Shown piece by piece: positions 40,918-50,117 of a stretch of DNA of 56,481 nucleotides. Where the stretch lies: assembly GCA_019306075.1 (NCBI GenBank), contig JAFDME010000001.1:1-56481 (forward strand), read 5' to 3'. This stretch comes from Deltaproteobacteria bacterium. GTDB lineage: Bacteria; Desulfobacterota; Desulfobulbia; Desulfobulbales; Desulfocapsaceae. The position numbers were made by a program, and so were the translations under genes. A model generated the notes under the pieces. It had not been told where the DNA came from and did not search any database. It saw only the letters and a program-made list of their open reading frames with translations. Every line of letters starts with the position of its first letter. Positions within the stretch are counted from its first letter, which is position 1.

Positions 40918-43503
40918 CTACGCAGCCACAAGCTCATCCTCTTTTCGTATACGGCCCTTCTGAATCTTCCAGATTAAAGCCAAAAATAGAAATGCCGGAA
41001 TAAACATCAACTGCTTGGGCGGCCTGTGAGTCTCCATCTGAACAGAGAGAATCTCCTGATCAAAGTCGATTTTTGCCTTTTCGGCAGGACTTGCAAAAGC
41101 AACCAGATCAACAATAATCTTTCCCTCTTCATTGCGGGTCTCAATCCCTATGGTGCTGAGTCTTTCTTCACCGGTTGCTTCATCACCAACCGGAAGCATT
41201 ACAGTCATCTGGTACTCTTTGCCGTTGTCCTTTTCACCCTTAACCTTTAACCGAAGCTGAGAACCGGGATCCATTTCACCCAGTACCTGCGTCAGTTCAG
41301 TTGCTGGTTTCTCAACCAGCGGTGGAAAAAACTTGTCCCAGACAAAACCGGGCCTGAAAAGTATAAAGGAGATAAGGATCAGGGCGGCTGTCTCCCACCA
41401 GCGGTTTTTAGTGAGAAACCATCCCTGAGTACCCGCGGCAAAAACAAGCATGGCCAGAACAGCTGCACCAACCACAACAACAAAATGGAACCAGCTGTTA
41501 ACTCCAATCATCAGGAGCTCGGTATTAAAAATAAAAATAAAAGGCAAAATCGCGGTTCGGATATCATAGCCAAACCCCTGGATACCCGTGCGTATGGGAT
41601 CACCTCCCGATATCCCTGCGGCCGCAAAAGCTGCAAGCCCGACGGGAGGAGTATCATCAGCCAGAATTCCAAAGTAAAAGACAAAGAGATGTACAGCAAT
41701 AAGTGGCACAATAAGGCCATTCTGAGCTCCGAGACCAACAATTACCGGCGCCATTAAAGTTGACACAACTATATAATTTGCAGTGGTCGGCAGTCCCATG
41801 CCAAGGATAAGGCTGATAACAGCTGTAAAGAGAAGTATCAACATGAGATTCCCGCCGGAAATATACTCGACGAACTCGGTCATTACCAGCCCAATTCCGG
41901 TCAGCGTTACAGTACCGACAACGATACCGGCAGCAGCGGTGGCTACACCGATACCTATCATGTTTTTGGCTCCGGCTACCATACCTGAGATCATATCCTC
42001 CCAACCGCGTTTGGCGGCAAATTCCTCTCCCTGAGCTTTTCTGAAAAATCCTTTCAGGGGACGCTGGGTAAGAACAATAACAAACATCAGAACAGTCGCC
42101 CAGAAGGCAGATAGGGACGGCGAGAGGCGCTCCACAGTAAGACACCACATCAGGACAACAACCGGCAGGAGAAAATAATAACCAGCCTGGGCAGTTTCTC
42201 CAAGATCCGGCAGTTCTTTTATATCAGTATCGGTATCAAGTTCAGGCACCTTACAAGCATACCAGAGGAGAAGCAGATACGATATGGCCAGCAGAATACA
42301 AACGACATAAATTGTTGCCTCTCCTGCGACTGTTTTAATCCAACCCAGGCCAAAATATGTAACGCCCCCAATGATTATAATGGTGAGCACGGTGACAACA
42401 AAACTGATCAAACTCTGGGGCAGCGTCTTGACCTTTTTTTTCTCCATTCCCTCGAGCCCCATCTTGCAAGCTTCCAGATGGACAATGTAGACAAGAGCGA
42501 TATATGAAATAACGGCTGGCAAAAATGCGTGCTTGATTACTTCTATATAGGAGATACCAACATATTCAACCATAAGAAAAGCTGCAGCCCCCATTACAGG
42601 AGGAGTCAACTGGCCGTTTGTTGAAGAGGCGACCTCGACTGCACCGGCTTTTTCGGCACTGAAACCAACTTTTTTCATCAGAGGAATAGTGAAGGTTCCC
42701 GTAGTAACAACATTCGCGATCGAAGAACCGGAGACAAGGCCGGTCATTGCTGAGGAGATTACTGCCGCCTTGGCCGGCCCTCCGCGCAGATGGCCAAGCC
42801 CGGCAAAAGCTGTCCTGATAAAATAGTTGCCGGCTCCGGCTGCTTCAAGAAGAGAACCAAAGAGAACAAACATGAAAACCATACCGGTGGAAACTCCCAG
42901 AGCAACACCGTAAACACCCTCAGTAGTGAGCCAGTAGTGATTCATTCCCTTAACAAGACTGGCACCCTTATGAGCTATCACGTCCGGCATATAAGGACCG
43001 GCAAAGGTGTAAATAATAAAAACCGCTGCCACAACCATAAGAGGAGGACCAAGCGCCCTCCTGGTAGCTTCAAGCAGAAGGATCAGCCCGGTAACAGCGA
43101 CAACGAGGTCAAGGGTCGTCGGCTGACCGGGGCGTTCAGCGAGTTGGGCATAAAAGATATAAATGTAGGCAGCACAAAATGCGCCAATAAAGGCGAGAAC
43201 CCAATCCTGAACGGGAATATACTTTTTGGGTGAGGTCTTAAAAGAGGGAAAGGCAGTGAATGCCAGAAATACGGCAAAGGCAAGATGAATCGATCGGGCC
43301 TCAGTGTCGTTTATAACAAAAAAATTCAGCATAAATGGCAGCGGAGAAGCATACCAGAGTTGGAATAAAGTCCAGACAAGGGGTACAAAGAAGAGAACAT
43401 TTCTGGAGATCTTTCCCTTAGGGGCTCGACCTCCTGTATCCGCCTCGGCTATCATTTCCTGAATATCTTCCTGTGGCAACGGATTTTCAATGGGGTTTGT
43501 CAT
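40918..43503 (-). CDS. TRAP transporter fused permease (4TM/12TM, TAXI type)
   Basis: GGPAKAAV, SGSSIANVVTTG, GQLTPPVMGAAAF, GMGLPTTANY, DDTPPVG. Confidence 0.92.
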   Translation of the reverse strand: MTNPIENPLPQEDIQEMIAEADTGGRAPKGKISRNVLFFVPLVWTLFQLWYASPLPFMLNFFVINDTEARSIHLAFAVFLAFTAFPSFKTSPKKYIPVQDWVLAFIGAFCAAYIYIFYAQLAERPGQPTTLDLVVAVTGLILLLEATRRALGPPLMVVAAVFIIYTFAGPYMPDVIAHKGASLVKGMNHYWLTTEGVYGVALGVSTGMVFMFVLFGSLLEAAGAGNYFIRTAFAGLGHLRGGPAKAAVISSAMTGLVSGSSIANVVTTGTFTIPLMKKVGFSAEKAGAVEVASSTNGQLTPPVMGAAAFLMVEYVGISYIEVIKHAFLPAVISYIALVYIVHLEACKMGLEGMEKKKVKTLPQSLISFVVTVLTIIIIGGVTYFGLGWIKTVAGEATIYVVCILLAISYLLLLWYACKVPELDTDTDIKELPDLGETAQAGYYFLLPVVVLMWCLTVERLSPSLSAFWATVLMFVIVLTQRPLKGFFRKAQGEEFAAKRGWEDMISGMVAGAKNMIGIGVATAAAGIVVGTVTLTGIGLVMTEFVEYISGGNLMLILLFTAVISLILGMGLPTTANYIVVSTLMAPVIVGLGAQNGLIVPLIAVHLFVFYFGILADDTPPVGLAAFAAAGISGGDPIRTGIQGFGYDIRTAILPFIFIFNTELLMIGVNSWFHFVVVVGAAVLAMLVFAAGTQGWFLTKNRWWETAALILISFILFRPGFVWDKFFPPLVEKPATELTQVLGEMDPGSQLRLKVKGEKDNGKEYQMTVMLPVGDEATGEERLSTIGIETRNEEGKIIVDLVAFASPAEKAKIDFDQEILSVQMETHRPPKQLMFIPAFLFLALIWKIQKGRIRKEDELVAA

Positions 43504-43749
43504 ATCGACGACTACTCCTTTTATTTCTGAAAAATTCAGTTATCACCGTCAACACACCGCCTGTATCAATATTTAACACCAGCGGAGAAACACTGTCGAC
43601 GCAATTACAAACGCATCCATAATATTTTCGGTATCGTTTCGGAGGCAGCACTTACAACTGCAGATTCATTGGCGGGGCAAACAGAAGAACATTTATCTGC
43701 GAAAAACCGGGCACATCAAGAGCCACATTCCGGAACATGGCTGAAACCT

Positions 43750-43790
43750 AAAAAAGAAGATGTGCAGCCGGATGAATACGGCTGCACATC
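43750..43790 (-). terminator. Intrinsic terminator/stabilising hairpin after the TAXI binding-protein gene
   Basis: Perfect 12-bp stem GATGTGCAGCCG/CGGCTGCACATC followed by a T-rich run on the minus strand. Confidence 0.75.
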
Positions 43791-43807
43791 AAAACTGAAC
43801 CAGGTGA

Positions 43808-44788
43808 TTACATCAGACCTGCTTCTTTGTAATACTTTACGGCACCATCATGCAGAGGCGCGGAAAGACCATCTTTAATCATTGTTTTCTTTTCAAGAGT
43901 AGCAAATGCAGGGTGGAGTTTTTTGAACTGATCAAAATTCTCAAATACTGCCTTAACGATCTGATAGATGGTCTCTTCAGGTACATCAGAGGAAGTAACA
44001 AAGGTAGCAGCTACACCGAAGGTATGAGTATCGGCATCAGTTCCTTTATACATCCCGCCGGGAATAGTGGCTTTCTTATAGTAGCTGTTATCAGCAACCA
44101 GTTTATCAATCTCCGGCCCTTCAACCGGAACAAGAATAGCGTCACAAGTAGTGGTAGCTTCTTTAATAGATCCACTCGGAAAACCAACAGTGTATATCAT
44201 TGCGTCAATTTTGTTATCACAGAGGGCCTTGGATTGCTCCGCTGCTTTCAGCTCTGAGGCAAGTTTGAAATCTTTTTTGGTCCAGCCCAATTTTCCCATC
44301 ACTACTTCCATAGTACCTCGCTGACCGGAACCGGGATTACCAATATTTACTCTCTTACCTTTCAGATCTTTAAATGTTTTAATACCGGAGTCAGCACGCG
44401 CTACAACGGTGAAAGGTTCTGAGTGGATGGAAAAAACAGCACGGAGTTTTTTGTTTGGACCCTGCTTCTCAAATTTGCTTGTTCCATTGTATGCATGATA
44501 CTGCCAGTCGGACTGGGCAACGCCCATGTCGAGCTCGCCAGCTGCAATGGCATTGAGATTGTAAACAGAACCACCGGTACTCTCAACCGTGCACCTCAGT
44601 CCATGCTCTTTCTTTCCCTTGTTGACCAGGCGTGCAATAGCCCCACCTGTTGGATAGTAGACACCCGTCACACCACCGGTACCGATGGTTACAAAAGTCT
44701 GATCTGCTGCCATAAGGTTGGTGGCTGCACCAAAAGCGGTCACACAACCAAAAGCAATTGCTGCCATCAAAGATACTTTCCCTTTCAT
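43808..44788 (-). CDS. TAXI family TRAP substrate-binding protein
   Basis: [35 protein letters not shown]; signal peptide; AAGGAG RBS before ATG 44788. Confidence 0.93.
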   Translation of the reverse strand: MKGKVSLMAAIAFGCVTAFGAATNLMAADQTFVTIGTGGVTGVYYPTGGAIARLVNKGKKEHGLRCTVESTGGSVYNLNAIAAGELDMGVAQSDWQYHAYNGTSKFEKQGPNKKLRAVFSIHSEPFTVVARADSGIKTFKDLKGKRVNIGNPGSGQRGTMEVVMGKLGWTKKDFKLASELKAAEQSKALCDNKIDAMIYTVGFPSGSIKEATTTCDAILVPVEGPEIDKLVADNSYYKKATIPGGMYKGTDADTHTFGVAATFVTSSDVPEETIYQIVKAVFENFDQFKKLHPAFATLEKKTMIKDGLSAPLHDGAVKYYKEAGLM

Positions 44789-45261
44789 ACTGTTTCTCCT
44801 TCGTTCTATTAATTGCTTGTAATTCCTGGGGTTCATTACCGTAATAATAATTTCGTCAAACCACATCCCCTGCAAGGGAGAAACGAAAACAGCCCCGTTT
44901 GTCGGGGTCAGGTAAACACACCAGGAAAATAAGAACACCTTACCAAGAAAAGCGTAAAGCGTTTTCCTCATTATCCAGCACAGTAAAACCGGTTCAGTAA
45001 TAAACCTGAACCATCGTCGCATGTCACAACAATTTTGATAATATGTCAAGGGTTTTCAAGGGGGCTGACCGCTGATTACCCTCTATCTTTTTAAAAACAA
45101 CCTTAATGTATTCTTTTAGCGACAAAAACAAACTGAAATTCTCTTAAATGGAAATAGAATTTACCACAACAGTGGTTACAGTTTTCAACCGTAGCAGAAA
45201 AAAAACTGCTGTGGTAAATTGCCACGATTCAAAATGTACTTTACAAAAGATGAAAATCTCT

Positions 45262-45374
45262 TAACGCAGACAAACTGCAAGTAAGTACCTTGGAGGTATC
45301 TGCCTAGTTTTTGGTTAAATAACCTTCTCCATTTTCTTGTTTTTCTTTACAGCTTTTACGGAGTAAGGTACTAA
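45262..45374 (+). repeat. Dispersed intergenic repeat family A, copy 4 (just upstream of def)
   Basis: TAACGCAGACAAACTGCAAGTAAGTACCTTGGAGGTATC...ACAGCTTTTACGGAGTAAGGTACTAA; ends nearly identical to 48730-48860. Confidence 0.85.
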
Positions 45375-45388
45375 ACGCACCTAATAAA

Positions 45389-45898
45389 ATGAGTATTAGA
45401 AAAATATACAAATACCCGGATCCTGTCCTGCGAAAAAAGGCAGCAACAGTGACTTCATTTGACGAAAAACTTGAAGAGATTATCAGTGATATGGCGCAAA
45501 CCATGTACGATGCCCCCGGAATTGGACTCGCAGCTCCGCAGATAGGGCAATCAATCAGACTCATTGTCGTCGATATAACAGAAGAGCCGGATGATGAGAA
45601 AAAATATATGACAATGATCAACCCTGAAATCTCTATACACACAGGAAACCAGCTTGATGAGGAAGGGTGCCTTTCAGTTCCCGAACTCACGGCCAATGTA
45701 AAAAGATATAAAGAAATAACAGTCTCCTACCAGGACACTAAAGGTGATTCCCGGGAATTATCTGCAGAGAACCGCTTTGCTGTGGTTCTGCAGCACGAAA
45801 TTGATCATCTAAACGGCGTGCTGTTTCTGGACCATCTCAGTTCACTCAAAAGGGGTCTCTATAAGAAAAAAGTGAAAAAATGGCTGGCGGAGAAATAG
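45389..45898 (+). CDS. def: Peptide deformylase
   Basis: GIGLAAPQIG, EGCLS, QHEIDHLNG. Confidence 0.97.
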   Translation: MSIRKIYKYPDPVLRKKAATVTSFDEKLEEIISDMAQTMYDAPGIGLAAPQIGQSIRLIVVDITEEPDDEKKYMTMINPEISIHTGNQLDEEGCLSVPELTANVKRYKEITVSYQDTKGDSRELSAENRFAVVLQHEIDHLNGVLFLDHLSSLKRGLYKKKVKKWLAEK

Positions 45899-45907
45899 GA
45901 GATAACA

Positions 45908-46858
45908 ATGCCCAAACAACCATTACGAATTATTTTTATGGGAACTCCCGACTTCGGGGTACCGAGCCTCCAGGCACTTACGGATGGTCCAGACGAGGTA
46001 GTGGCAATAGTAACCCAGCCTGACAGGCGAAAAGGCAGAGGGAAAAAGCTGGCTCCGCCGCCGGTTAAACTCCTTGGAGAGTCCCTTGATATCCCTGTGC
46101 TGCAACCGACCAAAATCAGGACGGAAGAATTTCGGAACGGACTGCTCAGTTACCAGCCTGACCTGATTGTGGTCACCGCATATGGCAGAATTCTCCCACC
46201 CTCCCTGCTTGAACTCACTCCGATGGGCTGTATTAATGTCCATGGCTCTCTTCTGCCCCTCCACCGCGGAGCTGCACCAATCCAGTGGTCTGTAATTAAA
46301 GGTGATAAAAAAACAGGCGTCACCATTATCAGAATGAATGAAGGTATGGATACAGGCGATATATTGCTGAAAGCTGACATCATACCTTCTCCCGAAGAGA
46401 CAGCAGGTACACTTTTTAATAAACTGGCACAACTTGGCAGTGAGACCCTGCTCAGAGCTATCCAGGGACTGAAAGATGGTACAATAGCTGCGACTGCCCA
46501 GGAGCATGAGCAGGCAACCGAAGCTCCGATGCTGAAAAAATCAGACGGACTGATTGATTGGTCAAAAAATGGAGAGAATCTCGAATGTCTTGTTCGGGGC
46601 CTTGATCCGTGGCCATCCGCCTTCTGTTTTTGCGAGGGCAAACGGTTGCGCCTTTTCAGACCCGAAGTTGTCTATAAAGAAAGTGGCGCCCAGCCAGGCA
46701 CCCTGCTACAGGCCGACAAACGTGGGCTACTGGTTGCCTGTGGTGAAAACACTCTGCTGATCAGAGAAGTTCAGCCGGAAGGAAAAAAACGAATGATGGT
46801 TGAAGCTTTTCTCTGCGGCTACCCACTCAAGCCGGGGACACTTCTCAGTCAGTGTTGA
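45908..46858 (+). CDS. fmt: Methionyl-tRNA formyltransferase
   Basis: IIFMGTPDF, TQPDR, NVHGSLLP..RGAAPIQ, MDTGD; follows def. Confidence 0.97.
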   Translation: MPKQPLRIIFMGTPDFGVPSLQALTDGPDEVVAIVTQPDRRKGRGKKLAPPPVKLLGESLDIPVLQPTKIRTEEFRNGLLSYQPDLIVVTAYGRILPPSLLELTPMGCINVHGSLLPLHRGAAPIQWSVIKGDKKTGVTIIRMNEGMDTGDILLKADIIPSPEETAGTLFNKLAQLGSETLLRAIQGLKDGTIAATAQEHEQATEAPMLKKSDGLIDWSKNGENLECLVRGLDPWPSAFCFCEGKRLRLFRPEVVYKESGAQPGTLLQADKRGLLVACGENTLLIREVQPEGKKRMMVEAFLCGYPLKPGTLLSQC

Positions 46859-46862
46859 TATC

Positions 46863-48050
46863 GTGATATCTTCATCGCAAACCAAAATCGGATACGCCGA
46901 CTGCTTTTCCGGCGTCAGTGGCGATATGCTGCTCGGCGCCCTCATCCATTGCGGCGCTGACCTGGATCTGCTCAGGGATGAGCTTGACAACCTTAATCTT
47001 GGAGATTTTGAGTTCCAGGTGGAGCGAAAAAATGTCCAGTCGATCGAAAGCTGTAAAGTGACGATTTGCAGCAAACGCAGGCAGGAACTGCGTACCCTTT
47101 CCTCCCTTACAACTATCCTTGAGAGAAGTGGCCTTGACGATGCCATAGCCCGCAGATCAGCAGCAGTCTTTACCACCATTGCCCGGGCTGAGGCGAAAGT
47201 ACACGGAATTGCCGTGGAAGATGTACATTTCCATGAAATAGGTGCCCTTGACACAATCATTGATGTTGTCGGCACAGTAACGGCGCTGCATCAACTTGGA
47301 ATAGAGAGACTGATCGCATCCCCTCTCCCCCTCGGCAGAGGATTTGTTGACTGTGACCACGGCAGACTACCGCTTCCGGCCCCGGCAGTCGTTGAGATCC
47401 TACAGGACAGTCCTGTTTACGGCGTTGATATCAAGCGGGAATTGGTTACTCCCACGGGGGCAGCTTTAATTCGCACCCTGGCAGATGAGTTTGGCTCCAT
47501 GCCTCCCATGACGGTCACTGCTGCCGGCTACGGCTCAGGAACCTGTACCCTGCCCGACAACCAGCCAAATCTATTACGTATTATTACCGGCTTTGCTCAG
47601 CAGGTCAGTGAGAGCCAGACCGTTGAAGTAATTGAAACCAATCTTGACGACTGGAATCCGGAGATATTCCCTTTTCTCTCGGAAAAACTGTTTACAGCCG
47701 GGGCACTTGATGTCAGCCTGACTTCCATCCTGATGAAGAAGGGAAGGCCAGGTTTTACCCTGCAGGTGATCTGCTCCCCGAGCCACTCATTTGAACTGAA
47801 ACGGATTATCTTCTCCGAAACCACAGGAATCGGACTCCGCTGCCGAAAGGAGGAGCGCCAGACTCTTGCCCGTGAAGAAATCAGCATCACAACACCATGG
47901 GGGACAATTAAAGCGAAAAAGATTATGGCACCTTCCGGCCCAATCATATATCCGGAGTATGAGGAGTGTAAAAAGATTGCCTGCCGCCACCATGTTCCGC
48001 TGAAGGATGTGTACAACGAAATACGCTGCGGACAGCAACGACAAAAATGA
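46863..48050 (+). CDS. larC: Nickel pincer cofactor biosynthesis protein LarC family
   Basis: DCFSGVSGDMLLGAL, AEAKVHG..VHFHEIGALD, LVTPTGAA, ETNLDD, MKKGRPG, PEYEEC; start at GTG 46863 is approximate. Confidence 0.9.
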   Translation: MISSSQTKIGYADCFSGVSGDMLLGALIHCGADLDLLRDELDNLNLGDFEFQVERKNVQSIESCKVTICSKRRQELRTLSSLTTILERSGLDDAIARRSAAVFTTIARAEAKVHGIAVEDVHFHEIGALDTIIDVVGTVTALHQLGIERLIASPLPLGRGFVDCDHGRLPLPAPAVVEILQDSPVYGVDIKRELVTPTGAALIRTLADEFGSMPPMTVTAAGYGSGTCTLPDNQPNLLRIITGFAQQVSESQTVEVIETNLDDWNPEIFPFLSEKLFTAGALDVSLTSILMKKGRPGFTLQVICSPSHSFELKRIIFSETTGIGLRCRKEERQTLAREEISITTPWGTIKAKKIMAPSGPIIYPEYEECKKIACRHHVPLKDVYNEIRCGQQRQK

Positions 48051-48499
48051 ACCGGCTCATCATGACCCTGGCCACCGGTTTCTATGTCGGCATGATACCA
48101 AAAGCACCGGGAACATGGGGGTCTCTTGCGGCATTTTTGCCCTGGTTTTTTTTAAAAGACCTCCCCCTGCCGGCATACCTCACCGCCATGTTCCTTATCT
48201 TCATAGTTGGATTTTTCGTCTCCGGATCCGCAGAAAAAATCCTTGACCGTCCTGATGCCGGCCCCATCGTCATTGATGAAATCCTCGGCATGCTTATCAC
48301 CCTTACTCTTGCACCACCCTCTCCTGCAGCCTGGATTCTTGGTTTTATTCTCTTCAGGATATTTGATATCTTCAAGCCTTTTCCGGTATCATGGTTCGAT
48401 CAGAAAATTCATGGAGGAGCAGGAATAATGATGGATGATGTGATGGCAGGGTTATATGCCCTGGCTTCACTGCAACTGCTATGGCTTGTTATAAAATAA
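48047..48499 (+). CDS. pgpA: Phosphatidylglycerophosphatase A
   Basis: APGTWGS, IVIDE, FRIFDIFKP, GIMMDDVMAG. Confidence 0.93.
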   Translation: MNRLIMTLATGFYVGMIPKAPGTWGSLAAFLPWFFLKDLPLPAYLTAMFLIFIVGFFVSGSAEKILDRPDAGPIVIDEILGMLITLTLAPPSPAAWILGFILFRIFDIFKPFPVSWFDQKIHGGAGIMMDDVMAGLYALASLQLLWLVIK

Positions 48500-48575
48500 T
48501 CTGCAGAGAACGCAGAGTCACCTTTCCCCGAAAAAAACTGCTCTCCATGTTCCCTGCAGTATTGCCTCAATAGAC

Positions 48576-48668
48576 TCACATATTATCAGTCTTTTCCAAA
48601 ACAAACACTATCGCCTTATAGGAAACACCAATCAGTGCAACCCAGCTGATAAGTAAAAATGCACTCAT
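48576..48668 (-). CDS. 30-aa single-TM small protein, candidate cytochrome bd small subunit (CydX-like role)
   Basis: Manual translation MSAFLLISWVALIGVSYKAIVFVLEKTDNM; strong TAAGGAG RBS 5 nt before ATG; same strand as and downstream of cydB; below the ORF track length cut-off. Confidence 0.6.
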   Translation of the reverse strand: MSAFLLISWVALIGVSYKAIVFVLEKTDNM

Positions 48669-48729
48669 GACTACTCCTTATCTCTTATATTTGTAAACCA
48701 CCGACTCAACAAACAGAACACGTTTGCAC

Positions 48730-48860
48730 TAACGCAGACAAGCTGCAATTAGGTACCTTGGAGGTATCTACCTAGTTTTATAGTTAAATACCCTTCCTCA
48801 TTCTCTCGGAGTCTTCGCTTACCTGTTTTTCTTCACAGCTTTTACGGAGTAAGGTACTAA
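48730..48860 (+). repeat. Dispersed intergenic repeat family A, copy 5
   Basis: TAACGCAGACAAGCTGCAATTAGGTACCTTGGAGGTATC...ACAGCTTTTACGGAGTAAGGTACTAA. Confidence 0.85.
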
Positions 48861-48986
48861 CCCGAATAGATCGGAATATTTAAAATGCCTGGATAAGTGC
48901 CTTGCTGCTGACATCAACCAAACGAGTTTAATAGCACTATAGATTTTCTTGTTCTTCTTTACAGCTTTTATCAAGTAAGGCACTAA
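48858..48986 (+). repeat. Dispersed intergenic repeat family A, copy 6 (tandem to copy 5, sharing TAA)
   Basis: TAACCCGAATAGATCGG..CTGGATAAGTGCCTTGCT...ACAGCTTTTATCAAGTAAGGCACTAA; end contains the cydB stop codon. Confidence 0.85.
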
Positions 48987-50116
48987 TACGCTTTATCATC
49001 AGCAAGATCCTTCATATCGATCTTCCTCGAATCCATCTGACGCCAGGCATAGGTTACATACCCCAGAACAAAAGGTATCAGAAAGGCGACATAGGTCATC
49101 ACGGTCAAAGTATAATGACTGGAAGACGCATTGTAAATTGAGAGACTCGACTGTAAGTCCACCTTGGACGGATAGAAAGCTGTGTTATTAAATCCGGCAG
49201 TAAAGAAGATGGCCAGACCGACGAGAACCGTACCCAGGCCGCCAAACCATATACCATTGGTCCCGGAGGCAAGGCTTGTGCGAAGAACTCCCATCACGAC
49301 GAGAATAATCCCCACCAGCAGCATTCCCAGAACTGCAGGCATGGCCAGAAGATTGCCCAGATACTTGAAGCTGACCATACTGACAACTCCGTTTTCATCA
49401 AAACCGTAACCGTCAATAACCAGCAAGGCTACCAGTACATAGAGCAGAAATGGCAGAGAATAGAGGAAATTGGCCAAACATGCTTTCCTCAGCCGGACTT
49501 CCAGATCAGGAGTCTCTGTGAAATCTATATTATTTACCAGGTACATGGAACCGAGCACCCGGGCGTTTAATACCAGAAAAATCCCAAGGGACAGATTAAA
49601 AAAAGAGAAGGCCCCCTCAACTCCACGAAGAGAATTCGTCCAGGTAACCTGGTTCATACTATTCAAGGTGAAATTCGAACCGGTAAAGAAAGTACCCACT
49701 GCTACCCCTATCAGGAGAATCCCTACGGAGCCGTTAATAAAAAGGAACAGCTCATACACCTTTTCACCCAGCAGGTTAGCCGGTTTTGTACGATACTCAT
49801 AGCTCACTGCCTGTATAATAAACGAAAAAAGAATAAGCATCCACACCCAGTACGCTCCACCAAAACTGGTGGCATAGAATTTAGGAAAAGCAGCAAACAG
49901 TGCTCCCCCGAAAAGAACCAGCGTGGTGAAGGTCAACTCCCATTTCCTGCCCAGGGAATTTATCACCAGCGACCTTTCTATTTCGCCCTTTGCCACTTGC
50001 CAGAGCAGCGTCTGACCGCCCTGAACGAAGGTTAAAAAGAGAAAGAGGGCTCCAACAACCGAGCAGATAATCCACCAGATCTGCTGCAGTACTACCATAT
50101 CCAGATTAGCAATCAT
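48983..50116 (-). CDS. cydB: Cytochrome bd oxidase subunit II
   Basis: Polytopic membrane protein; GRKWELTFTTLVLFGGALFAAFP, SIYNASSSHYTL; follows cydA. Confidence 0.93.
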   Translation of the reverse strand: MIANLDMVVLQQIWWIICSVVGALFLFLTFVQGGQTLLWQVAKGEIERSLVINSLGRKWELTFTTLVLFGGALFAAFPKFYATSFGGAYWVWMLILFSFIIQAVSYEYRTKPANLLGEKVYELFLFINGSVGILLIGVAVGTFFTGSNFTLNSMNQVTWTNSLRGVEGAFSFFNLSLGIFLVLNARVLGSMYLVNNIDFTETPDLEVRLRKACLANFLYSLPFLLYVLVALLVIDGYGFDENGVVSMVSFKYLGNLLAMPAVLGMLLVGIILVVMGVLRTSLASGTNGIWFGGLGTVLVGLAIFFTAGFNNTAFYPSKVDLQSSLSIYNASSSHYTLTVMTYVAFLIPFVLGYVTYAWRQMDSRKIDMKDLADDKAY

Positions 50117-50117
50117 T

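Noticed and set aside
43669-43878. 69-aa plus-strand ORF between the TRAP genes
   Set aside because: Overlaps the terminator and the 3' end of the TAXI gene in antisense; TTG start without RBS
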